From contig JAIPHU010000002.1 of NCBI GenBank assembly GCA_021735045.1, positions 30,001-62,000 of the forward strand: DNA of 32,000 nucleotides, written 5' to 3'. Below are positions 6,801 through 15,743 of this stretch, one piece after another. Each line of letters opens with the position of its first letter. Position 1 is the first letter of the stretch. A program made the position numbers and the translations under genes. The DNA is from Candidatus Omnitrophota bacterium. GTDB lineage: Bacteria > Omnitrophota > Gorgyraeia > Duberdicusellales > 4484-171. The notes beneath the pieces are model-generated. The model saw nothing but the letters and a program-made list of their open reading frames with translations, did not search any database and was not told the origin of the DNA.

Positions 6801-8522
6801 GTGCCAATCCATAATAATAAAATAGCAGATATTTTTTCCGAAATTGCCGATCTTTTGGATATCCAAGACGAGAACCAATTTCGGATTAGGTCCTACCGTA
6901 ATGCTGCTCGCACTATTGACGGTTTAAGCCAGAGTGTGGCTGAAATGGTTAAAGAAGGGAAAGATTTATCCAAGCTTTCCGGTATTGGTAAAGATCTTGC
7001 CCAAAAGATTGAAACTATTGTCAAAAAAGGGAGTTTGCCGCAGTTGAAGAAATTACGCAAAAAGACTCCCCAGAGTTTAAGTACGATCATGAAAGTAGCG
7101 GGCCTAGGGCCCAAAAAAGTGAAAGCAATGAATAAGAAATTAAATATAAAAGCCTTAAAAGATTTAAAGAGAGCTGCCAAAGCGGGAAAAGTTAGTCAAT
7201 TAGAAGGTTTTGGTAAAAAGACCGAGAAAAATATTTTAGAAAATATTGGTCAAATTGAAAGCGGAGAAAAACGGAAAAAGATATTGGCGGTAAAACAGTT
7301 AGCCGAGCCTTTAATTGCTTATTTAAAAAAAGATCAGAGCCTAAAGGATATATCCACCGCTGGAAGTTACCGGCGCAAAAAAGAAACCGTAAAAGACTTA
7401 GATATTTTGGTTACCCACAAGAGTAAGTCAAAAATTATGGATCACTTTACAAAATATGAAGATGTAAAAAAGGTAATAGCTAAAGGAAATACCAAATCAA
7501 CCGTTAAGTTGCGTTCTGATTTCAATGTTGATCTACGTTCGGTAGCCAAATCAAATTATGGCGCGGCTCTTTTATACTTTACCGGTTCTAAAGCGCACAA
7601 TATTGCAATTAGAAAAATCGCGGTAGCAAAAAAGTATAAGTTGAATGAATACGGCTTATTTAAGGGAAAAAAAAGAGTTGCCGGAAAAACTGAAGCAGAG
7701 GTTTATCACAAATTAGGGCTTAAATATATTGCGCCGGAACTACGCGAAAACCGAGGTGAGGTAGAAGCGGCAAAGAAGAATAAACTGCCGAAATTAGTGA
7801 AGCTCAAAGATATAAAAGGAGACTTTCATGCACACAGCAAAAGCACCGACGGTAAAAATACAATTGAAGAGATGGCCAAAGCGGCCAAAAAAATCGGTTA
7901 TAAATACCTGGCAATTACCGATCATACTAAGAATGTAACGGTAGCCGGTGGCCTGGATGAGAAAGCTTTTAAAAAACAGATAAAAAATATTGATCAGGCA
8001 AACAAAAAAATAAAAGGGATTACCCTGCTTAAAGGCGCAGAGGTGGACATTTTAAAAGATGGCTCGCTTGATTTGCCAGATTCGGTATTAAAAAAATTAG
8101 ATGTAGTAGTTTGTGCAGTTCACTACAACCGCAATCTTTCCAAGCAAAAACAGACTAAAAGAGCGCTCAAAGCGATGGATAATCCTTATTTTCAGATTTT
8201 CGCTCATCCTTCCGGGCGATTAATCAATGAGCGCAAGCCTTACGAAATTGATCTGGAAAAAGTGATGCAGAAAGCAAAGCAAAAGAATATAATTTTAGAA
8301 TTAAATGCTCATCCCAAACGGCTTGATTTAAATGATGCAGATGTAAAAAGAGCCAAAGAAATGGGGATAAAAATAGCTATTGCTACAGACGGCCATTCAA
8401 CCGATGACCTAAAGCTTATGGGGTATGGCCTCGGTCAAGCCCGACGGGGCTGGTTGGCTAAAAAAGATGTGATAAATAGTTATAGTTTAAGCCAGCTTAA
8501 GGACGTATTAAGAAAAAAGTAA
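6801..8522 (+). CDS. polX: family X DNA polymerase with C-terminal PHP domain (PolX)
   Basis: HhH motifs (LSGIGKDLAQKI), a pol-beta nucleotidyltransferase core (GSYRRKKETVKDLDILV) and a PHP domain (GDFHAHSKSTDG, ITDH, ELNAHP, TDGH) are present. GTG start with SD AAGGGAG. Confidence 0.9.
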   Translation: MPIHNNKIADIFSEIADLLDIQDENQFRIRSYRNAARTIDGLSQSVAEMVKEGKDLSKLSGIGKDLAQKIETIVKKGSLPQLKKLRKKTPQSLSTIMKVAGLGPKKVKAMNKKLNIKALKDLKRAAKAGKVSQLEGFGKKTEKNILENIGQIESGEKRKKILAVKQLAEPLIAYLKKDQSLKDISTAGSYRRKKETVKDLDILVTHKSKSKIMDHFTKYEDVKKVIAKGNTKSTVKLRSDFNVDLRSVAKSNYGAALLYFTGSKAHNIAIRKIAVAKKYKLNEYGLFKGKKRVAGKTEAEVYHKLGLKYIAPELRENRGEVEAAKKNKLPKLVKLKDIKGDFHAHSKSTDGKNTIEEMAKAAKKIGYKYLAITDHTKNVTVAGGLDEKAFKKQIKNIDQANKKIKGITLLKGAEVDILKDGSLDLPDSVLKKLDVVVCAVHYNRNLSKQKQTKRALKAMDNPYFQIFAHPSGRLINERKPYEIDLEKVMQKAKQKNIILELNAHPKRLDLNDADVKRAKEMGIKIAIATDGHSTDDLKLMGYGLGQARRGWLAKKDVINSYSLSQLKDVLRKK

Positions 8523-8537
8523 AAGAAGGAGGTAGTA

Positions 8538-8774
8538 ATGACAAAAGAAGTTTTAGTCTATAGCACAGCAACTTGTCCTTATTGTCAAAAGCTAAAAGAG
8601 TATCTAAAAAAAAATAATCTTAATTTTACTAATTATGACGTCTCTAGTGATCAAGAAAAACTAGAAGAGATGAAGGAGAAATCTGGACAAATGGGAGTGC
8701 CGGTTATTGATATTGATGGTGAAATCATTAAAGGGTTCGATCAAGAAAGGTTAAATCAGGTTTTAGGAATTTGA
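8538..8774 (+). CDS. glutaredoxin-like / NrdH-like small thiol-disulfide oxidoreductase
   Basis: CPYC active site near the N-terminus, GVPV...G thioredoxin-fold motifs, 78 aa. Strong SD. Confidence 0.85.
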   Translation: MTKEVLVYSTATCPYCQKLKEYLKKNNLNFTNYDVSSDQEKLEEMKEKSGQMGVPVIDIDGEIIKGFDQERLNQVLGI

Positions 8775-8797
8775 TAATTTTGGTTTAAAGAGGCAAG

Positions 8798-9187
8798 ATG
8801 GATATGGCCAAGAAGAAAAAAAATATTATGATTGTTGATGATGATGACGATTTACGCAATGAGTTATCAGAAATCATGCGTGAGGAAAATTATGAAGTAG
8901 AAGCTTTTTCAGACGGTAGGGAAGCTTTGGCTAAAATTACAGAGCTTCATCCCCATGTTTTACTTCTCGATATTAGAATGCCGAAAATAAATGGAATTCA
9001 AATGTTGGATAGGTTAAGAAGCAGGAACGCGATTGACGGGACAAAGGTCATCTTAATTACCGGATTTTATGATCAACAGAAATGCAAAAGAATATTGCAG
9101 ATATACGATGCAGATTCATATTTATTAAAACCTTTTGACCCGGAGGATCTGATAAAGAGAGTTGAAACAATCACTAAAGAGAATTAA
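8798..9187 (+). CDS. receiver-only (CheY-like) response regulator
   Basis: IMIVDDDDD, VLLLDIRMPKINGI and LLKPF receiver signatures, with no output domain. Confidence 0.85.
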   Translation: MDMAKKKKNIMIVDDDDDLRNELSEIMREENYEVEAFSDGREALAKITELHPHVLLLDIRMPKINGIQMLDRLRSRNAIDGTKVILITGFYDQQKCKRILQIYDADSYLLKPFDPEDLIKRVETITKEN

Positions 9188-9231
9188 TAATTAGAGTTTA
9201 AAATAAGTTAAAAATTTTATTAGGAGGAGAA

Positions 9232-10134
9232 ATGGAAGAAGTTGTAATCGTGGGAGCAGGGATCTCCGGCCTTACTGCTGCAATTTATGCAAAGCGGAAA
9301 AAAATGGATTTTGTTCTGTTGGGGGAAAATTTTGGCGGTCAATTTCTCGAATCGGGGAAAATCAATAACTATCCCGCAATTACAGAGATTAACGGTACAG
9401 AATTGAGCAAAATGTTTGAAAAGCAACTTAAATTTAATCAAATTGAACCAAAAATCGGGGAAAAAATTACTAAAATTAGCAAGATTGATTCTGGTTTTAA
9501 GCTAGAAGGTAAAAAGGATAACTATCAAGCCAAAACGGTAATTATTGCCACGGGTTCTCATCCGAAAAAACTGAGCATCAAGGGTGAAGAAGAATTTGCG
9601 AACAAAGGTTTAACTTATTGTTCAATTTGTGACGGCCCTTTATTCTCTGGTAAAACTATTGCTGTAATTGGCGGAGGTAATTCTGCCTTAGAAGGAGTTG
9701 ATTTTACGCATAAGGTTGCGAAAAAAATTTATTTAATTAATATTGACCAAAAATTTAACGCTCATCAGGAATTAATTGATAAAGCTACTGCTTACGATAA
9801 TGTTGAAGTGGTTAATGAAGCAGAAACTGAAGAAATCTCGGGAGAGAAAATGGTAACTGGCCTTAAATACAAAAAAGACGGAAAAATGCATGAGTTAGCT
9901 GTTGACGGAGTAATTGTTGAAATCGGCAGAACTCCGAATACGGATTTTTTAGAAGGTTTTCTTCAATTAAATAACAAAAAACATATCCAGATAGATTGTC
10001 AGTCTAGGACTTCCGTAGAAGGGGTGTTTGCTGCCGGAGATTGTGCCTCGGGTAATGAATACCAGTATGCGATTGCTGCCGGCCAAGGCTGCATAGCTTT
10101 ACTGAAAGCTGCCCGCTATCTAGCCGGCAGATAA
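9232..10134 (+). CDS. trxB: thioredoxin reductase-like FAD/NAD(P)H disulfide oxidoreductase
   Basis: FAD site GAGISGLTAA, redox CxxC CSICDG, NAD(P)H site GGGNSALEG and the GDCA motif are present in a 300-aa protein. Confidence 0.85.
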   Translation: MEEVVIVGAGISGLTAAIYAKRKKMDFVLLGENFGGQFLESGKINNYPAITEINGTELSKMFEKQLKFNQIEPKIGEKITKISKIDSGFKLEGKKDNYQAKTVIIATGSHPKKLSIKGEEEFANKGLTYCSICDGPLFSGKTIAVIGGGNSALEGVDFTHKVAKKIYLINIDQKFNAHQELIDKATAYDNVEVVNEAETEEISGEKMVTGLKYKKDGKMHELAVDGVIVEIGRTPNTDFLEGFLQLNNKKHIQIDCQSRTSVEGVFAAGDCASGNEYQYAIAAGQGCIALLKAARYLAGR

Positions 10135-10147
10135 CCATGGTACCACT

Positions 10148-10166
10148 GTGCACACCCGGTGTGCAT
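10148..10166 (+). other. short GC-rich hairpin between trxB and the hemerythrin gene
   Basis: GTGCACAC (10148..10155), CCG loop, GTGTGCAT (10159..10166). There is no T-tract. Confidence 0.4.
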
Positions 10167-10195
10167 ATAAATAGGACAAGAATGAGGAGGTAGAA

Positions 10196-10762
10196 ATGAG
10201 CAGTGAAAGAAAGTATAAGGTGCAGCCAGCTGGCCCTTTAATGAAGGAGCACCGAGTAATTGAAAAAATGGTATCTTTACTTGAAAATGAAAGAAAAACT
10301 TTAGAAAAAAGTGATGTTGATGTTTGCTTTCTAAAAATTGCAGTAGATTTTTTCCGGTTTTATGCAGATCATTGCCATCATGGTAAAGAGGAAGATATTT
10401 TATTTTCCAGATTGGAAAACAAGGAAATAAGCAAAGAGCATCAAGAGATTATGGAAGAATTATTTGCTGACCATAAAAAGGGGCGTAAGTTGACCAAAGA
10501 GTTAGATCAATTGGCGGATAAAGCAAAAGAAGCAGGTACTAAAGACAGGGTTGTAAATATTTTAGATGAGTTAGTTTCTTTGTACCGCCAACATATCCAA
10601 AAGGAAGATCAGCAATTTTTTTTACCGGTTATGGATTATTTTGATAATGTCGAAAAGGATGCAATGATCGATAAGTTTTTTGATTTTGATAAAGATTTAA
10701 TTCACAAGAGATATAGTAATATAGTTTCTGAATTAGAAGAAGAAAAAAATGGTGAGAAATAG
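10196..10762 (+). CDS. hemerythrin-like (HHE cation-binding) domain protein
   Basis: Histidine and glutamate-rich metal-ligand motifs are present (EHRVIE, HCHHGKEEDILF, HIQKEDQQFF). Confidence 0.7.
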   Translation: MSSERKYKVQPAGPLMKEHRVIEKMVSLLENERKTLEKSDVDVCFLKIAVDFFRFYADHCHHGKEEDILFSRLENKEISKEHQEIMEELFADHKKGRKLTKELDQLADKAKEAGTKDRVVNILDELVSLYRQHIQKEDQQFFLPVMDYFDNVEKDAMIDKFFDFDKDLIHKRYSNIVSELEEEKNGEK

Positions 10763-10789
10763 TTATGGTTAACAAAAGAGGAGATTTAT

Positions 10790-11374
10790 ATGGATAAAGC
10801 ATTATTGATAATTGATTTACAAAATGATTTTTGTCCGGGAGGAAAATTACCAGTTCCCGAAGGAGACAAGATAGTTGAACCTTTAAACAACTATATTCAG
10901 ATTTTTCAAGCAAAAGATTTACCGATTTTTGCTTCCCGTGATTGGCATCCGGAGAAGACCAAACACTTTAAACAGTTTGGGGGCAGGTGGCCTAAACATT
11001 GCATCCAAAACACAAAAGGAGCAGAATTCCATCCGGAGTTAAATTTACCTGAATCAGCAGTAGTTTTATCCGCCGGGATGGACCCGGAATCTGAAGGTTA
11101 TTCCGTTTTTGAAGGAAGAAGCCAGAATCAGAAAAGATTCCAGGGGCTGTTGGAGGAGCAAAATATCCAAGAGCTTTATATTGGTGGATTGGCTACCGAA
11201 TTTTGCGTCAAGCATACTGTGTTGGAAGCATTGGAAAGGGGGTTTAAGGTCTGGCTTTTAGTCGATGCGGTATTGGGGATTGATTCAGAAGAGGCAAAGA
11301 AGGCTAAAGAGGAAATGACCGCCAAAGGCGCAAAAACGATAACCCTCAAACGTTTGTCCAAAGTTAAAAAGTAG
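10790..11374 (+). CDS. pncA: nicotinamidase/pyrazinamidase (isochorismatase family)
   Basis: LLIIDLQNDFCPGG N-terminal motif, DWHP, and catalytic-Cys context GLATEFCVKHT. Confidence 0.85.
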   Translation: MDKALLIIDLQNDFCPGGKLPVPEGDKIVEPLNNYIQIFQAKDLPIFASRDWHPEKTKHFKQFGGRWPKHCIQNTKGAEFHPELNLPESAVVLSAGMDPESEGYSVFEGRSQNQKRFQGLLEEQNIQELYIGGLATEFCVKHTVLEALERGFKVWLLVDAVLGIDSEEAKKAKEEMTAKGAKTITLKRLSKVKK

Positions 11375-11433
11375 ATAAAAGTCAAAAAATGTGCGAAAAT
11401 ACCAGTTGTATTTGTTAGCTATTGTAATATCAT
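11371..11433 (+). promoter_or_regulatory. conserved bipartite motif plus promoter, copy 2 (upstream of the superoxide reductase gene)
   Basis: GTAGATAAAAGTCAAAA (11371..11387, overlapping the pncA stop), N14, CCAGTT (11402..11407). Then TTGTAT (11406..11411), 16 nt spacer, TATCAT (11428..11433). Confidence 0.6.
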
Positions 11434-11451
11434 AAAACAAAAGGAGGTAAA

Positions 11452-11847
11452 ATGGCAGAGCTTGAAAAATTATATCAATCTGCGGATTGGAAACAAGAGA
11501 AGCATGTTCCGGTAATCGATGCACCGGAGAGCGTAAAAAAAGGAGAATTTTTTTCAATTGAGGTAACTATCGGTAAAGAAGTCGCTCATCCAAACAAAAC
11601 CGAGCATCATATTGCTTGGGTAGATGTTTATTTTCAACCGGAAGGGTCAAAATTCCCTTATCAGATTGGAAAGACTGAATTTAGTTCCCACGGGGCATCA
11701 ACAGAAGGGCCGGATACTAGCTCTGTTTACACTCATCACAGGACATCGTTAAGTTTTAAAACAGATAAAGCCGGCACGCTTTTTGCATCGAGTTATTGCA
11801 ATATTCACGGCCTCTGGGAAAACTCAAAAAAAATATCTGTTAAATGA
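11452..11847 (+). CDS. superoxide reductase (1Fe-SOR / neelaredoxin-type desulfoferrodoxin family)
   Basis: EKHVPVI, HPNKTEHHIAWV and CNIHGLW iron-ligand motifs. There is no N-terminal desulforedoxin domain. Confidence 0.88.
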   Translation: MAELEKLYQSADWKQEKHVPVIDAPESVKKGEFFSIEVTIGKEVAHPNKTEHHIAWVDVYFQPEGSKFPYQIGKTEFSSHGASTEGPDTSSVYTHHRTSLSFKTDKAGTLFASSYCNIHGLWENSKKISVK

Positions 11848-11872
11848 CAATTTAATTAAATAAGGAGGTTTT

Positions 11873-12163
11873 ATGAATGAAGATTTAAAAAAAGCTTATC
11901 AGGAAAAGACTGAAGCCAAGCTCAAAGAGTGGTCGGCTAAACTTACCGAATTAAAAGGAAAAACAGCCGGCCTAGGAGAAGAGGCAAAAGCTAATGCAAA
12001 TAAAAACATTCAAGAACTACAAGGAAAAATCGAACAAGGAAAAGAAAAGTTAGCTGAACTTCGCCAACAAGGTCAAGCCAATTGGCAGGAGACAAAAACT
12101 AAGATAGAAGGAATATCTGAAGGGATAAAAAATATGATTGATGAGCTTAAATCAAAAAATTAA
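11873..12163 (+). CDS. small coiled-coil protein of unknown function
   Basis: 96 aa, K/E/Q-rich with heptad-like periodicity. A strong SD precedes it and an intrinsic terminator follows. No catalytic motif was recognised. Confidence 0.6.
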   Translation: MNEDLKKAYQEKTEAKLKEWSAKLTELKGKTAGLGEEAKANANKNIQELQGKIEQGKEKLAELRQQGQANWQETKTKIEGISEGIKNMIDELKSKN

Positions 12164-12186
12164 TTTTTAGTTGGAAATAAAAATTG

Positions 12187-12213
12187 CCCGGGGCTTTGTC
12201 CCGGGTTTTTTTT
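12187..12213 (+). terminator. intrinsic terminator
   Basis: CCCGGG (12187..12192) pairs with CCCGGG (12200..12205), followed by T8 (12206..12213). Confidence 0.85.
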
Positions 12214-12238
12214 ATTTCAGAAAGACTGACAACAAAAC

Positions 12239-12267
12239 TTGCAAATTGATAAGCTAAACTATAAAAT
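12239..12267 (+). promoter_or_regulatory. sigma70-like promoter placed for a leaderless HD-protein mRNA
   Basis: TTGCAA (12239..12244), 17 nt spacer, TAAAAT (12262..12267), 6 nt, then ATG 12274. No SD. Confidence 0.5.
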
Positions 12268-12273
12268 AAAACT

Positions 12274-13416
12274 ATGTTAAGTAAGGAGCTTATTTTAAAA
12301 CTTTATGAAGCTGCAAGTATGCGGCGCTGGAACGACCAGATTCGGCCAGTTGAATTGACTGAGCTTGATAAACAGGCTCATAAGATGATTATTGCTTATG
12401 TTTTAGCAAAGATCGAAGAAGATAAGGGTAATAAAGATATTGATTGGCTTGAAATAATTGAAGCGGGTATCTTTGAGTATTTACAAAGAACAGAGCTAAC
12501 AGATCTTAAGCCGCCCCTTTTCCATAGAATTAAAGAAAACCAACAAAAGTATATTCGTCTTAACCAGTGGGCTTATGACCGCTTAAAACCGGTTATTTCT
12601 GCAGCCGGAAAAAAATTTTGTTTACGTTTCAAAAATTATCTTTTCACTAAAGAGCGAAATCTAAACAGAAGGATTATAAGTGCTGCTCATTTTTACGCAA
12701 CAAAGTGGGAGTTTAATATTATCAAAAGGGCTAATCCCCAAGGCCATCTAATCAATGAAATTGAAAAAGATATAAAAGAAAAGCAAGAGAAATATCATGA
12801 TTTGGCGAGTATGCAAACTTTGCTTCAATCACAAAATTTATGTGATTTTATTCACATTTGCGGGCAGCTTCGATTTCAAATTCGCTGGAGTCATATTCAC
12901 CGGGTTCCTAAAACCTCGGTTTTAGGTCATATGTTGATTGTAGCGATGTTTAGCTATTTGTGTTCTGTTGATAAATGCATTGAACAAAAGAGGCTTATAA
13001 ATAACTATCTTACCGGACTTTTTCATGATTTACCTGAAGTTTTGACTAGAGATGTTATTAATCCAGTAAAGCGTTCAGTCGAAGGTATAGGCGATATTAT
13101 AAAAGATTATGAAAAAGACCAGATGCAAAGAAGAATTTATAAAATTTTACCTTCAAACTGGCATCAGCAGATGAAGAGGTATACCGAGGAAGAGTTTTCT
13201 GATTTAAGAATCGATAAAGAAACAATAGTTAGAGACGGTGAGCTGGTGAAAGCTTGTGATAGATTAGCAGCTTTTATCGAAGTCTATTTATCCTTACAAA
13301 ATGGAGTGTCGAATCGAGATTTGGAAAAAGCAAAAGAAGATATCTTTACTCAGTATCAGGGAAAAATGATTTCTGGTATAAATTTTGAAAATATTTATAA
13401 GGATTTTAAAGATTAA
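12274..13416 (+). CDS. HD-domain metal-dependent phosphohydrolase with a degenerate N-terminal HD-like repeat
   Basis: The C-terminal half has RW..IHRVPKTSVLGHML...LFHDLPEVLTRDV (H...HD...D). The N-terminal half repeats the RW...ELTELDKQAHKM layout without the HD dyad. Both halves resemble the YfbR-like 5'-nucleotidase fold pattern. Confidence 0.7.
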   Translation: MLSKELILKLYEAASMRRWNDQIRPVELTELDKQAHKMIIAYVLAKIEEDKGNKDIDWLEIIEAGIFEYLQRTELTDLKPPLFHRIKENQQKYIRLNQWAYDRLKPVISAAGKKFCLRFKNYLFTKERNLNRRIISAAHFYATKWEFNIIKRANPQGHLINEIEKDIKEKQEKYHDLASMQTLLQSQNLCDFIHICGQLRFQIRWSHIHRVPKTSVLGHMLIVAMFSYLCSVDKCIEQKRLINNYLTGLFHDLPEVLTRDVINPVKRSVEGIGDIIKDYEKDQMQRRIYKILPSNWHQQMKRYTEEEFSDLRIDKETIVRDGELVKACDRLAAFIEVYLSLQNGVSNRDLEKAKEDIFTQYQGKMISGINFENIYKDFKD

Positions 13417-13622
13417 TGAAATTTATTTATATTTTCTTTCGAATTTTATTTTTCTATTTTTTGTTTGTTATTGCTTTTAGGTTGGTGTTTTTTTTAATTA
13501 GGTATTTTTTTAAAAATAAAAGAAAAAGTACCCACTATCGGGCTAAGAGACAGAGTTCAAGAAAAGACGGTTCTTCTAAGAAAGAAAGTATTATTGATGC
13601 TGAATATGAAGAAATTGAATAA
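13416..13622 (+). CDS. small membrane protein with a basic linker and acidic C-terminus (IIDAEYEEIE)
   Basis: An N-terminal hydrophobic segment of about 30 aa is followed by a K/R/S-rich tail. The start overlaps the HD gene stop (TAATG). Function is unknown. Confidence 0.5.
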   Translation: MKFIYIFFRILFFYFLFVIAFRLVFFLIRYFFKNKRKSTHYRAKRQSSRKDGSSKKESIIDAEYEEIE

Positions 13623-13623
13623 T

Positions 13624-13980
13624 TTATTTTCTGGCGAGATCTTTAGCTATAATTTTCTTTATAACATCTAAACTATTTTTTTTTATTTTATAGAATTCAA
13701 TGCCTGTATCATAATAAAAAAGATCTTTGCTTTGTATGTTTTTGCGGCTAAAAACCCACAAAATTTTACCTTGGCAAAGGATAGGCTTTCTTTTGATTGT
13801 ATAAATTTTAAGATTAACTATTGAGCCAGAGCTGAATTTATGTTTTATTATTATGCGCAAGCCACCGGCGCTGATGTTTCTAGTTTTTGCTGATATGTTG
13901 TTAGGCGATCCAGATAGATAAATTTTAAGGGGCAGGCTTATTCGGACAAATTGTCTTCGTTCATGGCTATCCCAACTCAT
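13624..13980 (-). CDS. PilZ domain protein (putative c-di-GMP receptor)
   Basis: The two PilZ signature motifs are present: RRQFVR near the N-terminus and NISAGG. Confidence 0.8.
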   Translation of the reverse strand: MSWDSHERRQFVRISLPLKIYLSGSPNNISAKTRNISAGGLRIIIKHKFSSGSIVNLKIYTIKRKPILCQGKILWVFSRKNIQSKDLFYYDTGIEFYKIKKNSLDVIKKIIAKDLARK

Positions 13981-13989
13981 TCTACTTAA

Positions 13990-14018
13990 AATATACCATT
14001 TAAAATTATAAGTTACAA
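13990..14018 (-). promoter_or_regulatory. sigma70-like promoter for the PilZ gene, giving a very short or absent leader
   Basis: On the - strand: TTGTAA (14018..14013), 17 nt spacer, TATATT (13995..13990), 9 nt, then ATG (13980). No SD. Confidence 0.45.
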
Positions 14019-14020
14019 TA

Positions 14021-14084
14021 GTGGAAAAAAGTCAAAATAAAGTAGATAGAGCCAGTTGTTTATTGGCCTAATTTGTAACAAAAT
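14021..14084 (+). promoter_or_regulatory. conserved bipartite motif plus promoter, copy 3 (upstream of the ferredoxin-fragment ORF and rtcB)
   Basis: GTGGAAAAAAGTCAAAA (14021..14037), N14, CCAGTT (14052..14057). Then TTGTTT (14056..14061), 17 nt spacer, CAAAAT (14079..14084). Confidence 0.5.
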
Positions 14085-14111
14085 AAAACTACAATTAAGA
14101 GTTTAATAAAT

Positions 14112-14240
14112 ATGGAGGTTTTTAATTTAGAAAACGGGAAAGCAAAAATTATTGTTGATCAAGTTCCCAAAGAAGTTGAAGTCAAGTGCAAAGAGGCTAC
14201 AGCAAATTGCCCGGTTGATGCAATTACAATAGAAAAATAA
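14112..14240 (+). CDS. 42-aa ORF resembling only the C-terminal half of the small ferredoxin (truncated paralog or mini-protein)
   Basis: It is below the ORF-track size cutoff. My translation is MEVFNLENGKAKIIVDQVPKEVEVKCKEATANCPVDAITIEK. Compare residues 24-62 of the ferredoxin at 4034..4222: FEMKEDKAEAKVEEVPEDKQDEAKQSSEQCPVDAISIEE. The Cx2Cx2C part is missing. Confidence 0.4.
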   Translation: MEVFNLENGKAKIIVDQVPKEVEVKCKEATANCPVDAITIEK

Positions 14241-14283
14241 CAATCTTTTAAAAATAAGGCTCAGGTTATAATTGAGGAAGTTT

Positions 14284-15741
14284 ATGCAGATTATAAATAA
14301 ATTAGAAAAAATTTCTGAAGCGGTTTGGGAGATTCCTAAAACTTACCAAAAAGGAATGCTTGTTCCGGCCCGGTTTTATGGCACTGAAAAAATAATTGAA
14401 GCTATCGAAGGCGGGGTATTACAGCAAATTGCTAATGTTGCTACTTTACCTGGGATTGTAAAAAATGCAATATGTATGCCGGATGGCCACCGGGGTTATG
14501 GTTTCCCGATTGGAGGGGTTGCTGCTATGGATTCTGAAGTAGGGGTGATTTCTCCGGGAGGAATAGGTTTTGATATTAATTGTGGAATGCGGCTCCTCAA
14601 CACTAACTTAAGCTACGATCAAGTTAAGCCGTATATAAACAAGTTGATTAACAAGTTATTTCAAAAAATTCCTGCTGGGGTTGGAAAAAAAGGATTTATT
14701 AAAATAAGCCAATCCGAGTTTAGGAAATTAGTTGAGCAAGGTTCTCGCTGGTGTATCGATAATGGATTTGGCTGGCCCCAAGATTTAGAAAGAACCGAAG
14801 AAGGAGGAAGGTTTCCCGGTGCAGATTCGAATTGCGTAAGCAGAAAAGCGATTGAAAGAGGCTATAGGCAGGTAGGTACACTGGGTTCAGGAAATCATTA
14901 CCTAGAAGTTCAGGTTGTAAAACCAGAAAATATTGCTGATAAAGAACTGGCTAAACAGCTCGGTATTAAAGTTCCTAATCAGGTGGTGGTGATGTTTCAT
15001 TGTGGTAGCCGTGGCTTTGGCCATCAAATTGGCACTGATTATCTGCAAAGTTTTTTAAAAGTTATGCAATCAAAGTATGGAATGAAAATTAGAGATAAAG
15101 AGTTAGCCAGCGCTCCTTTTAAGTCCAGGGAGGGGCAAAACTATTATCGGGCGATGCAGTGTGCAGTAAATATGGCTTTTGCTAATCGCCAAGTGATTTT
15201 ACATAGAATAAGAGAGGTGTTTGCCGAAGTTTTTAATAAATCAGCAAAAGATTTAGGGATGAACCAAGTTTATGACGTAGCGCATAATACTGCTAAATTA
15301 GAAAAACATCAAATCGAAGGTAAGACAAAAGAGCTTTTGGTGCACCGAAAAGGTGCAACCCGAGCTTATCCGCCGGGTTCAGAAGATCTGCCTTCTTTCT
15401 ATAAAGAAACCGGCCAGCCGGTTATAATTGGCGGGAGCATGGAAACCGGCTCATATCTTTTGGTGGGTTGTAGTTCGGGTAAAGATACTTTCTATACTAC
15501 TGCTCATGGAAGTGGTAGAATTATGAGTCGAACTAAAGCAAGAAAAAAATTTCGCGGAAAAAGTTTATTAGCGAAATTGAAAGAAAAAGGGATTTACGTT
15601 AATGCAGCTTCTTTATCAGGTTTGGCTGAAGAAGCAGGTGGTGCTTATAAAGATATTGATGAAGTGGCAAAATCAATTCAGTTAGCCGGAATCAGCAAGC
15701 CGGTAGCAAAACTTGTTCCGATAGGAAACATAAAAGGGTAA
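14284..15741 (+). CDS. rtcB: RNA 3'-phosphate ligase RtcB
   Basis: MPDGHRGYGFPIGGV, GSGNHYLEVQ, HCGSRGFGH, HNTA and HGSGR motifs are present. I prefer ATG 14284 (SD GAGGA at 14274..14278) over the TTG at 14272 used by the track. Confidence 0.92.
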   Translation: MQIINKLEKISEAVWEIPKTYQKGMLVPARFYGTEKIIEAIEGGVLQQIANVATLPGIVKNAICMPDGHRGYGFPIGGVAAMDSEVGVISPGGIGFDINCGMRLLNTNLSYDQVKPYINKLINKLFQKIPAGVGKKGFIKISQSEFRKLVEQGSRWCIDNGFGWPQDLERTEEGGRFPGADSNCVSRKAIERGYRQVGTLGSGNHYLEVQVVKPENIADKELAKQLGIKVPNQVVVMFHCGSRGFGHQIGTDYLQSFLKVMQSKYGMKIRDKELASAPFKSREGQNYYRAMQCAVNMAFANRQVILHRIREVFAEVFNKSAKDLGMNQVYDVAHNTAKLEKHQIEGKTKELLVHRKGATRAYPPGSEDLPSFYKETGQPVIIGGSMETGSYLLVGCSSGKDTFYTTAHGSGRIMSRTKARKKFRGKSLLAKLKEKGIYVNAASLSGLAEEAGGAYKDIDEVAKSIQLAGISKPVAKLVPIGNIKG

Positions 15742-15743
15742 TT

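Noticed and set aside
14272-14283. The TTG start at 14272 for rtcB, as given in the ORF track.
   Set aside because: ATG 14284 is preceded by GAGGA at 14274..14278 with suitable spacing. The TTG would place that SD inside the coding region. The four extra residues (MRKF) are not part of conserved RtcB sequence.
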